Below are positions 1 to 14,541 of a stretch of 64,000 nt of DNA, in pieces (positions within the stretch are counted from its first letter, which is position 1; every line of letters begins with the position of its first letter). Under the pieces are notes generated by a model. That model saw only the letters and a list, made by a program, of their open reading frames with translations. It made no database searches and was not told the origin of the DNA. The stretch is taken from positions 2,805,591 through 2,869,590 of the forward strand of contig LN717261.1 in NCBI GenBank assembly GCA_001244265.2. The letters are read 5' to 3'. Made by a program: the position numbers and the translations under genes. The stretch is from Microbotryum violaceum. Its lineage: Eukaryota.

Positions 1-1
1 C

Positions 2-4104
<4,103 letters not shown>

Positions 4105-4473
4105 ACCCAAAGAATGCACCATTTGTAAGTGAACTTTGCACCTTACTACCTGGGTAGATGGGTCAAGCTTTGGGGGTAAACACGCGCGCGTAATTGGTAA
4201 TTGCACCCTTTACTCACGGCATTATGTCTGGATGCTGGTTGGAAGCTTTAAGCCAGAGGGAGATGGCTCGTAACCTGTTTCTCAGACCAAAATTCTCAAA
4301 AGCCATCTGATCAGCGCTCTGGAATCCATGTTTTCGTGAAAAAATACGGAAATCAATCATCTTCGTACCTTGTTAGACTACGGAATTCATATGATCCGCC
4401 CCGCCAGCCGGACATACGGATACGTGCAGTTCCCGCAGCCTACGGGGTCGCCCGTGTAAGTGCCTCTGGGAGC

Positions 4474-4675
4474 GGCTTGTATACATGTAAGGATATATCC
4501 GATATTGTAACATCAACATATAACTATTTCTGAATGGTGTCTGCAAGGACTACATGATAGCATGTGCATTGCAAGACTTGTAGTGATTCAGAATTTCTGT
4601 GTCCTTACTGCACCCTTGTATCCTTACATGTGTCAACATGTGTAAGGATACGCCCGCGCGCGCACGTGACATGTG
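4474..4675 (+). repeat. Left TIR of the GCM/USP element
   Basis: Begins GGCTTGTATACATGTAAG, identical to the end at 63441. The body (gatattgtaacatcaacatataactatttctgaatggtgtctgcaagg...) is the reverse complement of 13885-14077. Confidence 0.9.
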
Positions 4676-4843
4676 GAACGACAGGAGGCGCACTCAGCTC
4701 GAAGCCTTTGTTCACATTTGTTCACCTAATTGTCCCCACACCGCCCATCGACGTCAACACCGTGGCACTGTTTCACTTTTGCGAACCAGCCAATTGCGAC
4801 CTCCAGCTTTGTGCCAGCAGGCACGGACTCAAATCTTTCATCA

Positions 4844-7330
4844 ATGAGATTGCGGAACCGCCAACTTCCCGACCGTGACGCCGGGCCCTGGACTCGGACT
4901 CGTTCTGGAGCTGGAGACCGGCCCCAATGGCGGACTTCCAAGTCGAGATTCAAAGTCCCAAGCATCAAACGCCAATCAACGGTAGTAACCAATCGTCGAA
5001 TCAGGAAAGGAAACGGCCAGTCGGTCCCCGAGTCGGCAAACTCAGCGCATCCTCAGGATGATTCTGGCGACCTTCAAGCTGAAGCATTGACTTGCACGGT
5101 GTCCGCACCGCGGCTATCGAAATCCCTGACTCGAACAGGAGAATTTCCTATCACCGATCGTACAAGCGACTTGCCTAACCACATCAAGTCCGCAGAGGAC
5201 TGCGAGGAGAACTGTGACAATTATGTGGACAATAAGCACAACGATCACAAGGACGACCATGACAATGACTCACCTTGTTCCACTCGGCTCGCCCACAACA
5301 CTCCCTTCCACCACACCATCAAGCAAGAGAAGTCAACAATGCCTCTCCTGTGCTCCCAGAACAGCGATCCCGGTTGGCCGTCGCTGCGCAGTCAAAGCAG
5401 TGTTGAGAGTGTGAATTCCGCTTCTACCCTCCAAGTCGGCTCGCTTTCACCAGCATTAGCTCCGAACCTCTCCCGTCTAAGCGTTTCACAACCCAAGGCT
5501 ATTCCAAAGGACAGCTCTATTCTTCCCAAGCATCAACATACGACTCTTAAGCTTGAAGGTACGCCACATGTGTTGTCTAGATGGTAGGCCATCGGTAACG
5601 TGGCAAGGTGCGCGCCCGGAGGCTCGATTGATTTTAAGGCAGTGGATTAGACTTAGTGTCTGAATGGATTATAGTCTTGCGCGTGGGCCTATGCCTTCGC
5701 AAAGCAGACTCCCTTGTTTATCTTTTCTTTAATCACTCGTTCCTCGACTATCGGTTCTGACACTGCGCTGCGTATCATCCTACCGCTGCCACCTCTATAG
5801 ATGGTGCACTTTTACATCAACATGCGCTCTCCCAGCCTGCTTAACAAACGGCTTCACTGAAAATTGATATTGTCCGCTTGCCTTTCTTAGTGTTGATGGT
5901 CAACTCTGATGTTTCCTTGAAACCTCTCTTGGCGACTAACGTGCCGATGATATTTACGCTGTTGGTGTCCATCAACTTCACGGAGACAGAACATTGTTTC
6001 GTCTATCTACGAGATATTTTGGAAGAGGTTGCTGAGCTAACTGGCCTGGCTCTCCAAGGTATGCAAGACAAGATTAGATTGGTTCCCAAGCAATGTTGAC
6101 AGGCCACTCAGCCAGTTACTAACCGTTTAATTCGGCGACTTATCTGTGCCTTTGTACAGAGGACTCCTGCTTCGACCACTGGGTGGTCAACAACGCGGCT
6201 ACGTCATCTACTCACTCGACTCCATGTCTTGCCTCCTGCCGGTACGACCAACTCGCAGCATTTACTGCTGCGACCGACTCTTCGGACAAGGTTCTCGGGT
6301 TGACCGGCTTCGTACTCGACATCGACTCATTGCCAGCAGAAGCAACCATTACCTTGAGAGTGCGTATAGCTTCATGAGTTGACGGATTCTACGTCGTTGA
6401 GCTTTAGTCGCTGAGCTGACTCTTGATTGCAAATGTCACAGGTCTACGAGCACATCAAGGCTCGACTCCCATTCGTAAATATCACTACAAGACCTCAAGG
6501 CCGGGTAGATGCCCCTGTTCCAAGTGGCGCACCTTCTGCTTCCAAGCACAACTTGCTTGTCAGGGAAAAGCGTGAAGCATCTCCAAGCGACAGGATCTCC
6601 GGCAATCTACGTCCGAACACCGAACCATACTCAACGGATGACAAGCTCGTCAACAGTGAAGATCATGCGAATTTACCAACATATAGTGAAGGAAGGACAA
6701 CGATGACGGACTTGATGCTCGAAGCATACCCACAAGAGATTGTTCTTGATCCTTGGCGGCCCAACGGGACTTGGGGCGGCGTCCTCATTGTTCGTATGGA
6801 TCCAGGCTCGAGCGGTGGCTTGTCACACATGTGGGCTTTCTCGGCGTCATCATCTCGAACCGATTCGAAAGGGCGATGGAAAAGGCCGCGTTTGGATGCA
6901 AACGTCGAGTACAGCAAGTACAGCAAAAGACGTTGCATGGGCGTGTTTGTCTGTTGTGATCAATCATGCCCTGGCAAGCGTCGACCTCACACATTGCTGT
7001 CGACAGCGAGTAGGTCGAAGTTGTTTCAGGAGGAGACTCCACAGCTCGTCACAGGATGCCCCAAAAAGGCTGCAACCCGCAAGCACCTCGCTCCAAAGGT
7101 TGAGAGGCCTTCAGACGAGTTACCGCCATGTCCAATCACAAGCTGTAACGGACCGATGAGGCACATCCTGTGCTCCGCTACGATTGCCCGAGGGCAGCGT
7201 GAGGAATGCCCGGGGACATATATATCTGGCATTTAGGGTACCATTTGCATCCTCCGCCCCCGGTATCGCGTCCGTCCCCGCAACATCTGGAAGAGCTGCG
7301 ACAATTGCGTAAAGCCGCTCCACAAGCATT
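4844..7330 (+). pseudogene. 5' part of the element's multi-exon gene: low-complexity N-terminus then a GCM-like zinc DNA-binding domain, truncated by copia-2
   Basis: ORF 6427..7236 has RRCMGVFVCCDQSCPGKRRP...CPITSCNGPMRHILC. After a 1-nt shift in a G run (~7212) it continues WHLGYHLHPPPP, matching the GCM pattern CLGVVVC..RP..CPNCDGPL.LIPC..KGEHDHP. Confidence 0.7.
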
Positions 7331-7667
7331 TGTTGTGGGAAGTTAGTAAAGGGTCAGCGGTCCAGAGGGACTTGTGGCATTGGGAAGTTGGCGCGCGCGT
7401 GGCGCGACGCTGGATGGAGGCAGATGGCGGTGTGGCGTATTGATTGGACTCAGAGGTGGCTTGCACGCGGATACTATCTAAGGCTCTGGTCTCGTTCACT
7501 CTCTCCTTCTTCTTTAATACACACTCGATATCTATCTCGCCCATTCGCCTGCTACAAGTTGATTGACCTTGGCGATACTCTATCTCACAATAGGTCATCT
7601 ATCAACGCCGTGTAGCTACAGCGAATCTTCATTCATTCATTGGTACTCCAAGTCCAAATCCACAACT
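7331..7667 (+). repeat. 5' LTR of copia-2
   Basis: TGTTGTGGGA...ATCCACAACT. Direct repeat of 11848-12184 with about 10 substitutions. Confidence 0.95.
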
Positions 7668-7676
7668 GGTTATGAG
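7668..7676 (+). promoter_or_regulatory. Primer binding site GGTTATGAG (half initiator-Met tRNA, Ty5/copia hemivirus type)
   Basis: Directly follows the 5' LTR and matches the known Ty5/copia PBS core. Its ATG (7672) also opens gag. Confidence 0.8.
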
Positions 7677-10600
7677 TTCGACGACTACCACCAATGTATC
7701 GAATGAAGGGGACGTCAAGATTACCATGCTCGTAAAGATAACTACGAGCTGTGGTCGATCCGAGTCGACGCGTTCCTCGAAGGTCGTGGCTACAGCAGTG
7801 TACTTCAACACGGAGCCGAACGACCATCGAGTATGGATGTGCAAGCATGGAAGACTCTCCATAACATCGACCCAAGTCTAGAGGAGGGCAAGGTCCCGAC
7901 TCTAATCACCAAGTGGGATCGTAGTGCGCGCGCGATCATCATCTCGTGCCTCGACGATTCGAATCTCAAAATGGTCAAGAGCAAGTCGCTCTCAGCCAAA
8001 AACATCTGGGAGAAGTTGAAACAACACCACGAAGGGAACGCCGATCCGTTCAAGATTCGCACGCTACTCTACGAGATTTCGAATGCGTTGTACGATGAGG
8101 ACACCAACCTCGGCGAGTTTCTCCAGGGCATCACGGACAAGGTCGATCAACTCGAAGATCTCGGGCAAAAGTTCAAGGATGAAGCCATCGTCGCGTTTAT
8201 GCTTCAAGCTCTACCTCCCTCATACGAGATGCTCAAGCAAGCTATAAAGCTCAGCGATAAGTGCTCGGTTGACTACGCCGTCAATCGACTTACCGACGAG
8301 TACAGTGAACGCAAGCTCACTGGCAAGTACGACAAATTACTCAAGAACGCGGGAGCGTTAGCGGTTCGCGAAGGCACGCAAGTCAAGCGTGATCCGAACT
8401 GCATTTGACGTGGTTGCAAGGGAACCGGTCATTACCAAATCGATCCGGAATGTTCCAAGTACGATCCGAACGCCAAACGCGGTCGTAACAAGAACCACAG
8501 CAACAAGAAGAAGAAGCAACATAAGCATTCCAATGGATCTGCGGATTCGGAGGAGTCGGCTTCTTTTGCGTTGGTGGTCAAGTCTCTCGAGGAGAGCCAT
8601 TCGCTTCACATCAACGTCGCGAATAGGGTGTCACAGAACGACCAGAGTGAGATCTGGATCCTGGACACCGGTGCGAGTCAGCACTACGTCGGCAACGCAA
8701 GTCTGCTTACCGACCGTCAACATGGAAGTCTGAACGTTCAAACCGCAAGCGGTCAGGTAGTACATTACGACACGTATGGTACGGTACGGTTCAAGTCGAG
8801 AAGCGGGGCCTCGCTCTCACTTTCGAACGTCTACCATCTCCCGGGCGCTCCGGTGAACCTCGTCTCGACTCGTGCTCTATACCGATCAGGAGCTAGTTGC
8901 GGATGGGAAGATGGCAGGGATGTCATGACGATCAAGATCAAAGGGCTGACCGTAGCAAAGACGCTGAACGGTACCGGTTACACCCTCGACTTTACGCGCA
9001 TTGTTGAGGACCAAGCTCATGTTGCAACTCGTGCGACAGTGGGAGCGCCTTTGATGGAATGGCATCGTCGCTACGGCCACATCGCCGTGAGCTCGCTCAA
9101 GGAGCTCGTCAAGTCAGGCGCTGTAGATGGACTAGTTCTCACCGACGAGAAGGTCCACGACTGCGAGCCCTGCATCAGTTCCAAGTCTCGCGTATCGAAG
9201 TTCTCCGAGTCGGTTACTCATGTCACCGACGTCCTTCAACGCGTATTCATGGACATCGGATTCGTCGCAGAAGATCAAGTCCATTTTCAAGGTCGAAAGG
9301 CGTACCTGGCTATTGTAGACCAGTACTCGACTGCGAAGTGGACATTTCCGTTGAAGACCAAGACGGCCGAAGAAGTCACTCGCGTATGGATCGCATTTCG
9401 ACAAGGTGTCGAGAAGATGACTGGTCGCAAATCAAGCGCGTTCGCACGGACAATGGCAACGAGTTCACCAACAAGTTCATCGGCACAGATTTCCAAAGTC
9501 AAGGAATTCTACATGATACCTCAGCACCGTACACCCCACAACAGAATGGAACGGTCGAACGCTTCAATGGCTCGTTGATGGTGATTGTTTGTGCGGTCCT
9601 TGCAGCCTCCAAGCTGTCCTGGAAGTACTGGTCTTATGCGATGGAGTACGCCACGTTCGTCGCGAATCGGGTCCTACACTCCAAGTTGGATGGCAAGACG
9701 GCTTACGAAGATTTCTACGGAAAGAAGCCCAAGGTCTCGCACTTTCGTCCGTTTGGATCGACCGTCTTCGCGCAAGTCCCCAAGTCGAAACGCTCTAAGC
9801 TCGAGCCGACTTCAGTCAGGGGAATGTTCATCGGGTATGACAACGAGTACAACTATCGCGTGCTTGTCGACTCCGATTCGGAACACAAGGTAGTCATCAC
9901 ACACGACATTGCGGTCTTGAACCTACAACCAGAGGAGGTCCGTGCACCGGAGGTCACGACTTTGCTCGAGGGGCCAGATGAAGATGTGGGTCCCGTCTTG
10001 GAAGGCAACGACGCCGGAGACGAACTTCAGGATGAGGTTGCTGTAGAGCAGATAGCCCCTGCTCGTCCGAACCGTCCTCGTTGGGAATATGGAGATCCCG
10101 CGGTTAGGGGTCGAAACCCAGGCAGGTTTGAGGAGATCGACGCAGGCAACGAGATTCATCAGCGTACTTGTGGCCAAAGACGCATCGCGGAACAACAAGG
10201 TCTCTTTGTCACAGATATACCCGAACTTGATCCCAAACCACCCATCATGTCTGGCTATGCGATGATCAGCACGGATCGACCGGCCGTACCCAGCAGCTAC
10301 GAAGAAGCGATGAATAATGTCGAAGCGGACAAGTGGAAGGAAGCTATCCAGGACGAACTCAATGCGATGGATCGTCGTCAAGTCCTTGCAGACTCGGATC
10401 TTCCCCACGGTGCTCGCGCTCTCGGGTCGAAGTGGGTTTTCGCTTGTAAGGAGAACGCTCAAGGAGAAGTCATTCGTTACAAGGCTCGATTGGTCGCGCA
10501 AGGTTTTGCACAGCAATCTGGCATTGACTACAATGAGACTTTCGCTCCTGTTGCTCGCTCTACGACGATTCTCTTTCTCATCGCCATCGCTGCATCCCAA

Positions 10601-11863
10601 GGACTGTGCCTCGAACAATTCGATTACGACTCAGCGTTTCTGAACGGAACGATGACGGAGATGGTCTACATGAAGTATCCCAAGGGTTGGGATCGTCCTC
10701 AGCTTGGCCAAGTCCTTCGTCTTGTCAAATCAATGTATGGAACGAAGCAAGCTCCTCGAGAATGGAACTCGGCAGTCAACAAACTCATGGTCGCTTGTGG
10801 TTGTGGTTACTCGCGATCTGACGCCGATTCATGTCTTTACGTCAAGTGTGTCGAGGAGATGTTCATCTACATTACTCTTTACGTCGATGATGGACTCGCT
10901 GCCTCGAACGATCAGACGTTTCTGGATTCGGAGATCCAAGCTTTCAACAAGGTGTACCAACTCAAGCGACTTGGTCCTGTGAAGGTGTTTCTCGGTCTCG
11001 AATTCCTGCGCTCGTCCAAGTTCATCTTCGTGCACCAGTCCAAGTACATCAGGAGCCTTGTCGCTACGTATGGCGGAGATCACGGATCGAAGCACCCAGC
11101 AAAGGTCCCGATGGAGCCCAGGTTGAACATGGAACACTCGGCGGAGCTGTTCAACGACATTGCACTCTACCAGTCAGCAGTGGGAGCTTTGCAGTATGCT
11201 GCGCATCGTGCTCGTCCAGAGATTGTCACTTCGGTTCGTGCAGCAGCTTCCAAGGTTTCAGCTCCTACCCAGGCCGACTGGATCGCGGTGAAGAGGATCA
11301 TCCGCTACTTGCAAGGTACCATTGACTGGGGACTCAAGTACAACCTCGAGGGTTCGACTGTGTTCGAACTCTACTCAGATGCCTCGTGGGGAGACGACAT
11401 GTTGACTGGCAAGTTGATAGGAGCGTTCGTCTCGATCATGGCAGGCGCAGCAATTTCTTGGCAGAATAAGCAGCAATCGATGGTTGCGACTTCGACTACT
11501 GAGGCCGAGATCTTGGCTGCTTCCGCGACAGCAAAGGAGGCCATGTGGCTTCGACGCCTGGCTGCGGATCTCAAGATTCAACAGCCTGGATCTACACTTC
11601 TCTGGGAGGACAATCAGGCGGTGATCGCGATCGCACAGAACCCGGCTCATCATGGTAGGACGAAGCACTACAGTGTGCATCACTTCTACATTCGCGAGCG
11701 AATTACGACTGGCGACATTCGAATCAAGTATTGCAAGACAGGAGCCATGACTGCGGATCTTCTCACCAAGCCGCTCGCTCGCAACTTGTTCGAACTTCAT
11801 CGTGATGGATTGGGGATGGTATCCCTTGGAGCCTTGACCAGTGGGAGTGTTGTGGGAACTTAG
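7672..11863 (+). pseudogene. copia-2 gag-pol, broken by frameshifts (~7731, ~9428) and a stop (8406-8408)
   Basis: ORF fragments 7672.., 7833..8408, 8571..9578 and 9059..11863 are colinear with copia-1. RT LYVDD is intact. Confidence 0.93.
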
Positions 11864-12184
11864 TAAAGGGTCAGCGGTCCAGAGGGACTTGTGGCATTGG
11901 GAAGTTGGCGCGCGCATGGCGCGGCGCCGGATGGAGGCAGATGGCGGTGTGGCGTATTGATTGGACTCAGAGGTGGCTTGCACGCGGATACTATCTAAGG
12001 CTCTGGTCTCGTTCACTCTCTCCTTCTTCTTTAACACACACTCAATATCTATCTCGCCCATTCGCCTGCTACAAGTTGATTGACCTTGGCGATACTCTAT
12101 CTCACAATAGGTCATCTATCAACGCCGTGTAACTACAGCGAATCTTCATTCATTCATTTGTACTCCAAGTCCCAATCCACAACA
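11848..12184 (+). repeat. 3' LTR of copia-2
   Basis: TGTTGTGGGA...ATCCACAACA, preceded by PPT-like AGTGGGAG. Confidence 0.95.
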
Positions 12185-13360
12185 AGATGGTGTTGAGCCT
12201 CCGCCCTCGATATTTGGCACTCGAGCTATGGGATGCGATTCGCGAATACACAGCATTGGCTCGAAAGTTTGATATGAAACCGGCGGCGAACGCAATTGAA
12301 GCATACACACAATTACGAGAACGGATGATTTCCACTGTGGTTGGGATGTCGAAAGAGCGCGGAAGCCATTTTACAACTCCATTTAAGCGGGGGAGTTATA
12401 GGCAGCCCAGTAGTCAGTCAATCACTTAGCGAACTCCGCCCTCCCAAGACGATTAAAACTGGACGCTAATCATCACTTTTTTGGCAGACCTGGCTCGAGA
12501 CACTTCGCTCGTTCACCGTCGATCATCCGGTTCTGCCAAGCGCTGTCACGTTGAATGATCCCGACCGAACTCTCGTCGAATTACATCTTCAACGAGCCGG
12601 GTATTGCACTGCCTGCAACTGCATTCAGATTGAGGTGTCCCCAAGACGACAGTTTGTGGTTGACTGGCCCCTTCTCATCTCAAGTCTCCACCTGCCTTCG
12701 CATTCGCTGGAAACGTTGTCGGACGTCCTCGCCTCAATCGTTGGGCAACCGTTGAAATTGTACACAGAGGCAAAGAACTCAGGCCGTCGGCATCACAAGC
12801 GCAATTGCACCGGAGGCTCTTACGTGCAATTCGTTTCAATCACCTCGCTCCCCCGTGTGATTGTGATCAACATCAACAATATTTACCCGGAACATCCACT
12901 GGCCCCAACTGAGCTACGCTTCGGTGTTTCGGACCAAATGCCAGAGATGGTCTGGCGCCTTCGGTCAGGAGTGTACAACATCAACAATTCACATTTCGTT
13001 ACGAACGCGACGGTTGGATACGGGCAAGAGGCCGCATGCTATCATTTCGACGCCATCAAAGGCTCTCTCGCTAGGCCGATAGGGGACAGGAACGCTGGCG
13101 GATTAGTTTCCGTTCTTTTCTACGAGCTAGAAGAGGAGTCATTGAACTTCTTGCAAGCCTTCAACCTAATGCTAACGCGGCAGTGGCACGAAATGTGGAG
13201 TCTATACCATGAGCCCTCCGATCCTACCGATATCGGCATTAAAGTGTCAAGTCTACCACCCAAAGGGACTCTTGAAGAAGGACAAGGTGTCTGGAAGATG
13301 GAAGACATCAGGAACTTTGCCACTCGCGCTTGGTGCAATTTGGCGCACCGGAGATTATAG
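12185..13360 (+). pseudogene. 3' part of the GCM element gene: C-terminal half of a USP/peptidase C19-like (papain-fold) domain
   Basis: ORF 12551..13360 has CTAC, SLPRVIVIN, WRLRSGVYNINNSHFVTN, YHFDAIKG and VSVLFYEL. These parallel USP LPxxLxI / His box / FDD / AYxLFY. No Cys box is visible. Confidence 0.6.
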
Positions 13361-13366
13361 AAAACG

Positions 13367-13438
13367 AGCTAAATGTCACTAAAAATGCGCTTTTGGCACT
13401 AAAATGCGCTAAATGGCACTAAATTGCACTAAAGCGCG
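13367..13438. repeat. Short degenerate tandem repeats of (G)CACTAAA / ATGCGC
   Basis: ctaaatgtcactaaaaatgcgcttttggcactaaaatgcgctaaatggcactaaattgcactaaagcgc, just after the USP-like ORF stop. Confidence 0.7.
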
Positions 13439-13819
13439 AGTGGCAAAGTTGCTGATGGATGCGTCGGCTTTTTTTCATGAATGCGAGATAGTGAGTGTCA
13501 GGAACGCCAAAAAAGCAGATCAATAGAGCTGACGATGCTCTCCTCTTACAATGTTTTCCAGCGGTGCAGTGCTCCTGGAGGAAATCACAGTGGGGAACAT
13601 TCATGTTGATGGCAAGTTTGACTCACAAAGTTGTGCCCCAGTGGTCCAGTGAAGTTTTGGCCTTGTCAATCACTAATGTAGTGTACAGTAGGGGCTATGA
13701 TAGCGGTCAGCAATAGTATGTATAACTAAACTTAGTGCAAAAATGGGCATGGCGGTACTTTGACAACCACTGGTGTGCGGAAAGAGTCATTTATTCACCA
13801 GCAGCAGCCAGTGCTCTTT

Positions 13820-14148
13820 GCGCGCGAGCGTATCCTTACGCATGTCACGTGCGCGCGCGGGCGTATCCTTACACATGTCGACACATGTCACGTGCGCGCG
13901 CGGGCGTATCCTTACACGTGTCGACACATGTAAGGATACGAGGGTGCGGTAAGGATACGGGAGGTGCGGTAAGGACACAGAAATTTTGAGTCACTACAAG
14001 TCTTGCAATACATATGCTATCATGTAGTCCTTGCAGACACCATTCAGAAATAGTTATATGTTGATGTTACAATATCAAGATGAACAGGTTTGGTTGTGTA
14101 TTGACCTTAACTCATGTGTAAGTATATATCCTTACATGTGTCGTGGCC
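13820..14148 (-). repeat. Right TIR and subterminal repeats of the GCM/USP element
   Basis: Reverse complement of 4474-4675, plus extra GTATCCTTAC/GTAAGGATAC and CACGTGCGCGCGCG units. Confidence 0.9.
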
Positions 14149-14541
14149 GTCGCGCGCGCGGTCTAGGCTGTAACTTTGAGAGTACGCTTGAGGTGCGATA
14201 AACGTGCGTGCGACGTCCGAGTTGCGGCCCCCCAGGCTTCCGAGCGTCGAGCGACGTGAATGCCAACTCGGACGTCGCACGCACGTTTATCGCCTTCAAA
14301 TCCGCCCCCGGCGATGAAGGCACTCGCCAAATCGATCAACAGCCGCCTCGCCGCCTCGGTCGCGACCGGAATCCCATCGATCAAGTCGCCCTTGACTCGG
14401 CTTGGCTGAACTCATCAACTCTGGACCAGCGTCGAGCGAACCAAGACCACATAGGCATTTCAACTTCACAGCGGGTTACAGATATACCACGATCCAAATC
14501 GTGTGCTCTCTAGTTGAAATCTGCCCGCAGTCATCACCTCA

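Larger units (their letters stand above)
7331..12184 (+). mobile_element. Full-length Ty1/copia LTR retrotransposon (copia-2)
   Basis: Two 337-bp LTRs, PBS at 7668, gag-PR-IN-RT-RH domains and a PPT before 11848. The flanking 5-mers differ (GCATT vs AGATG), so there is no TSD. Confidence 0.97.
4474..14148 (+). mobile_element. Long-TIR DNA transposon (probably MULE-related) encoding GCM-like and USP-like domains, interrupted by copia-2
   Basis: ~200 bp inverted repeats at 4474-4675 and ~13885-14148. A second copy of the right end lies at 63441-64000. Internal ORFs carry GCM-like Cys/His and USP His-box motifs. No TSD is recognisable and the last ~9 bp of the right end are degenerate. Confidence 0.8.
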
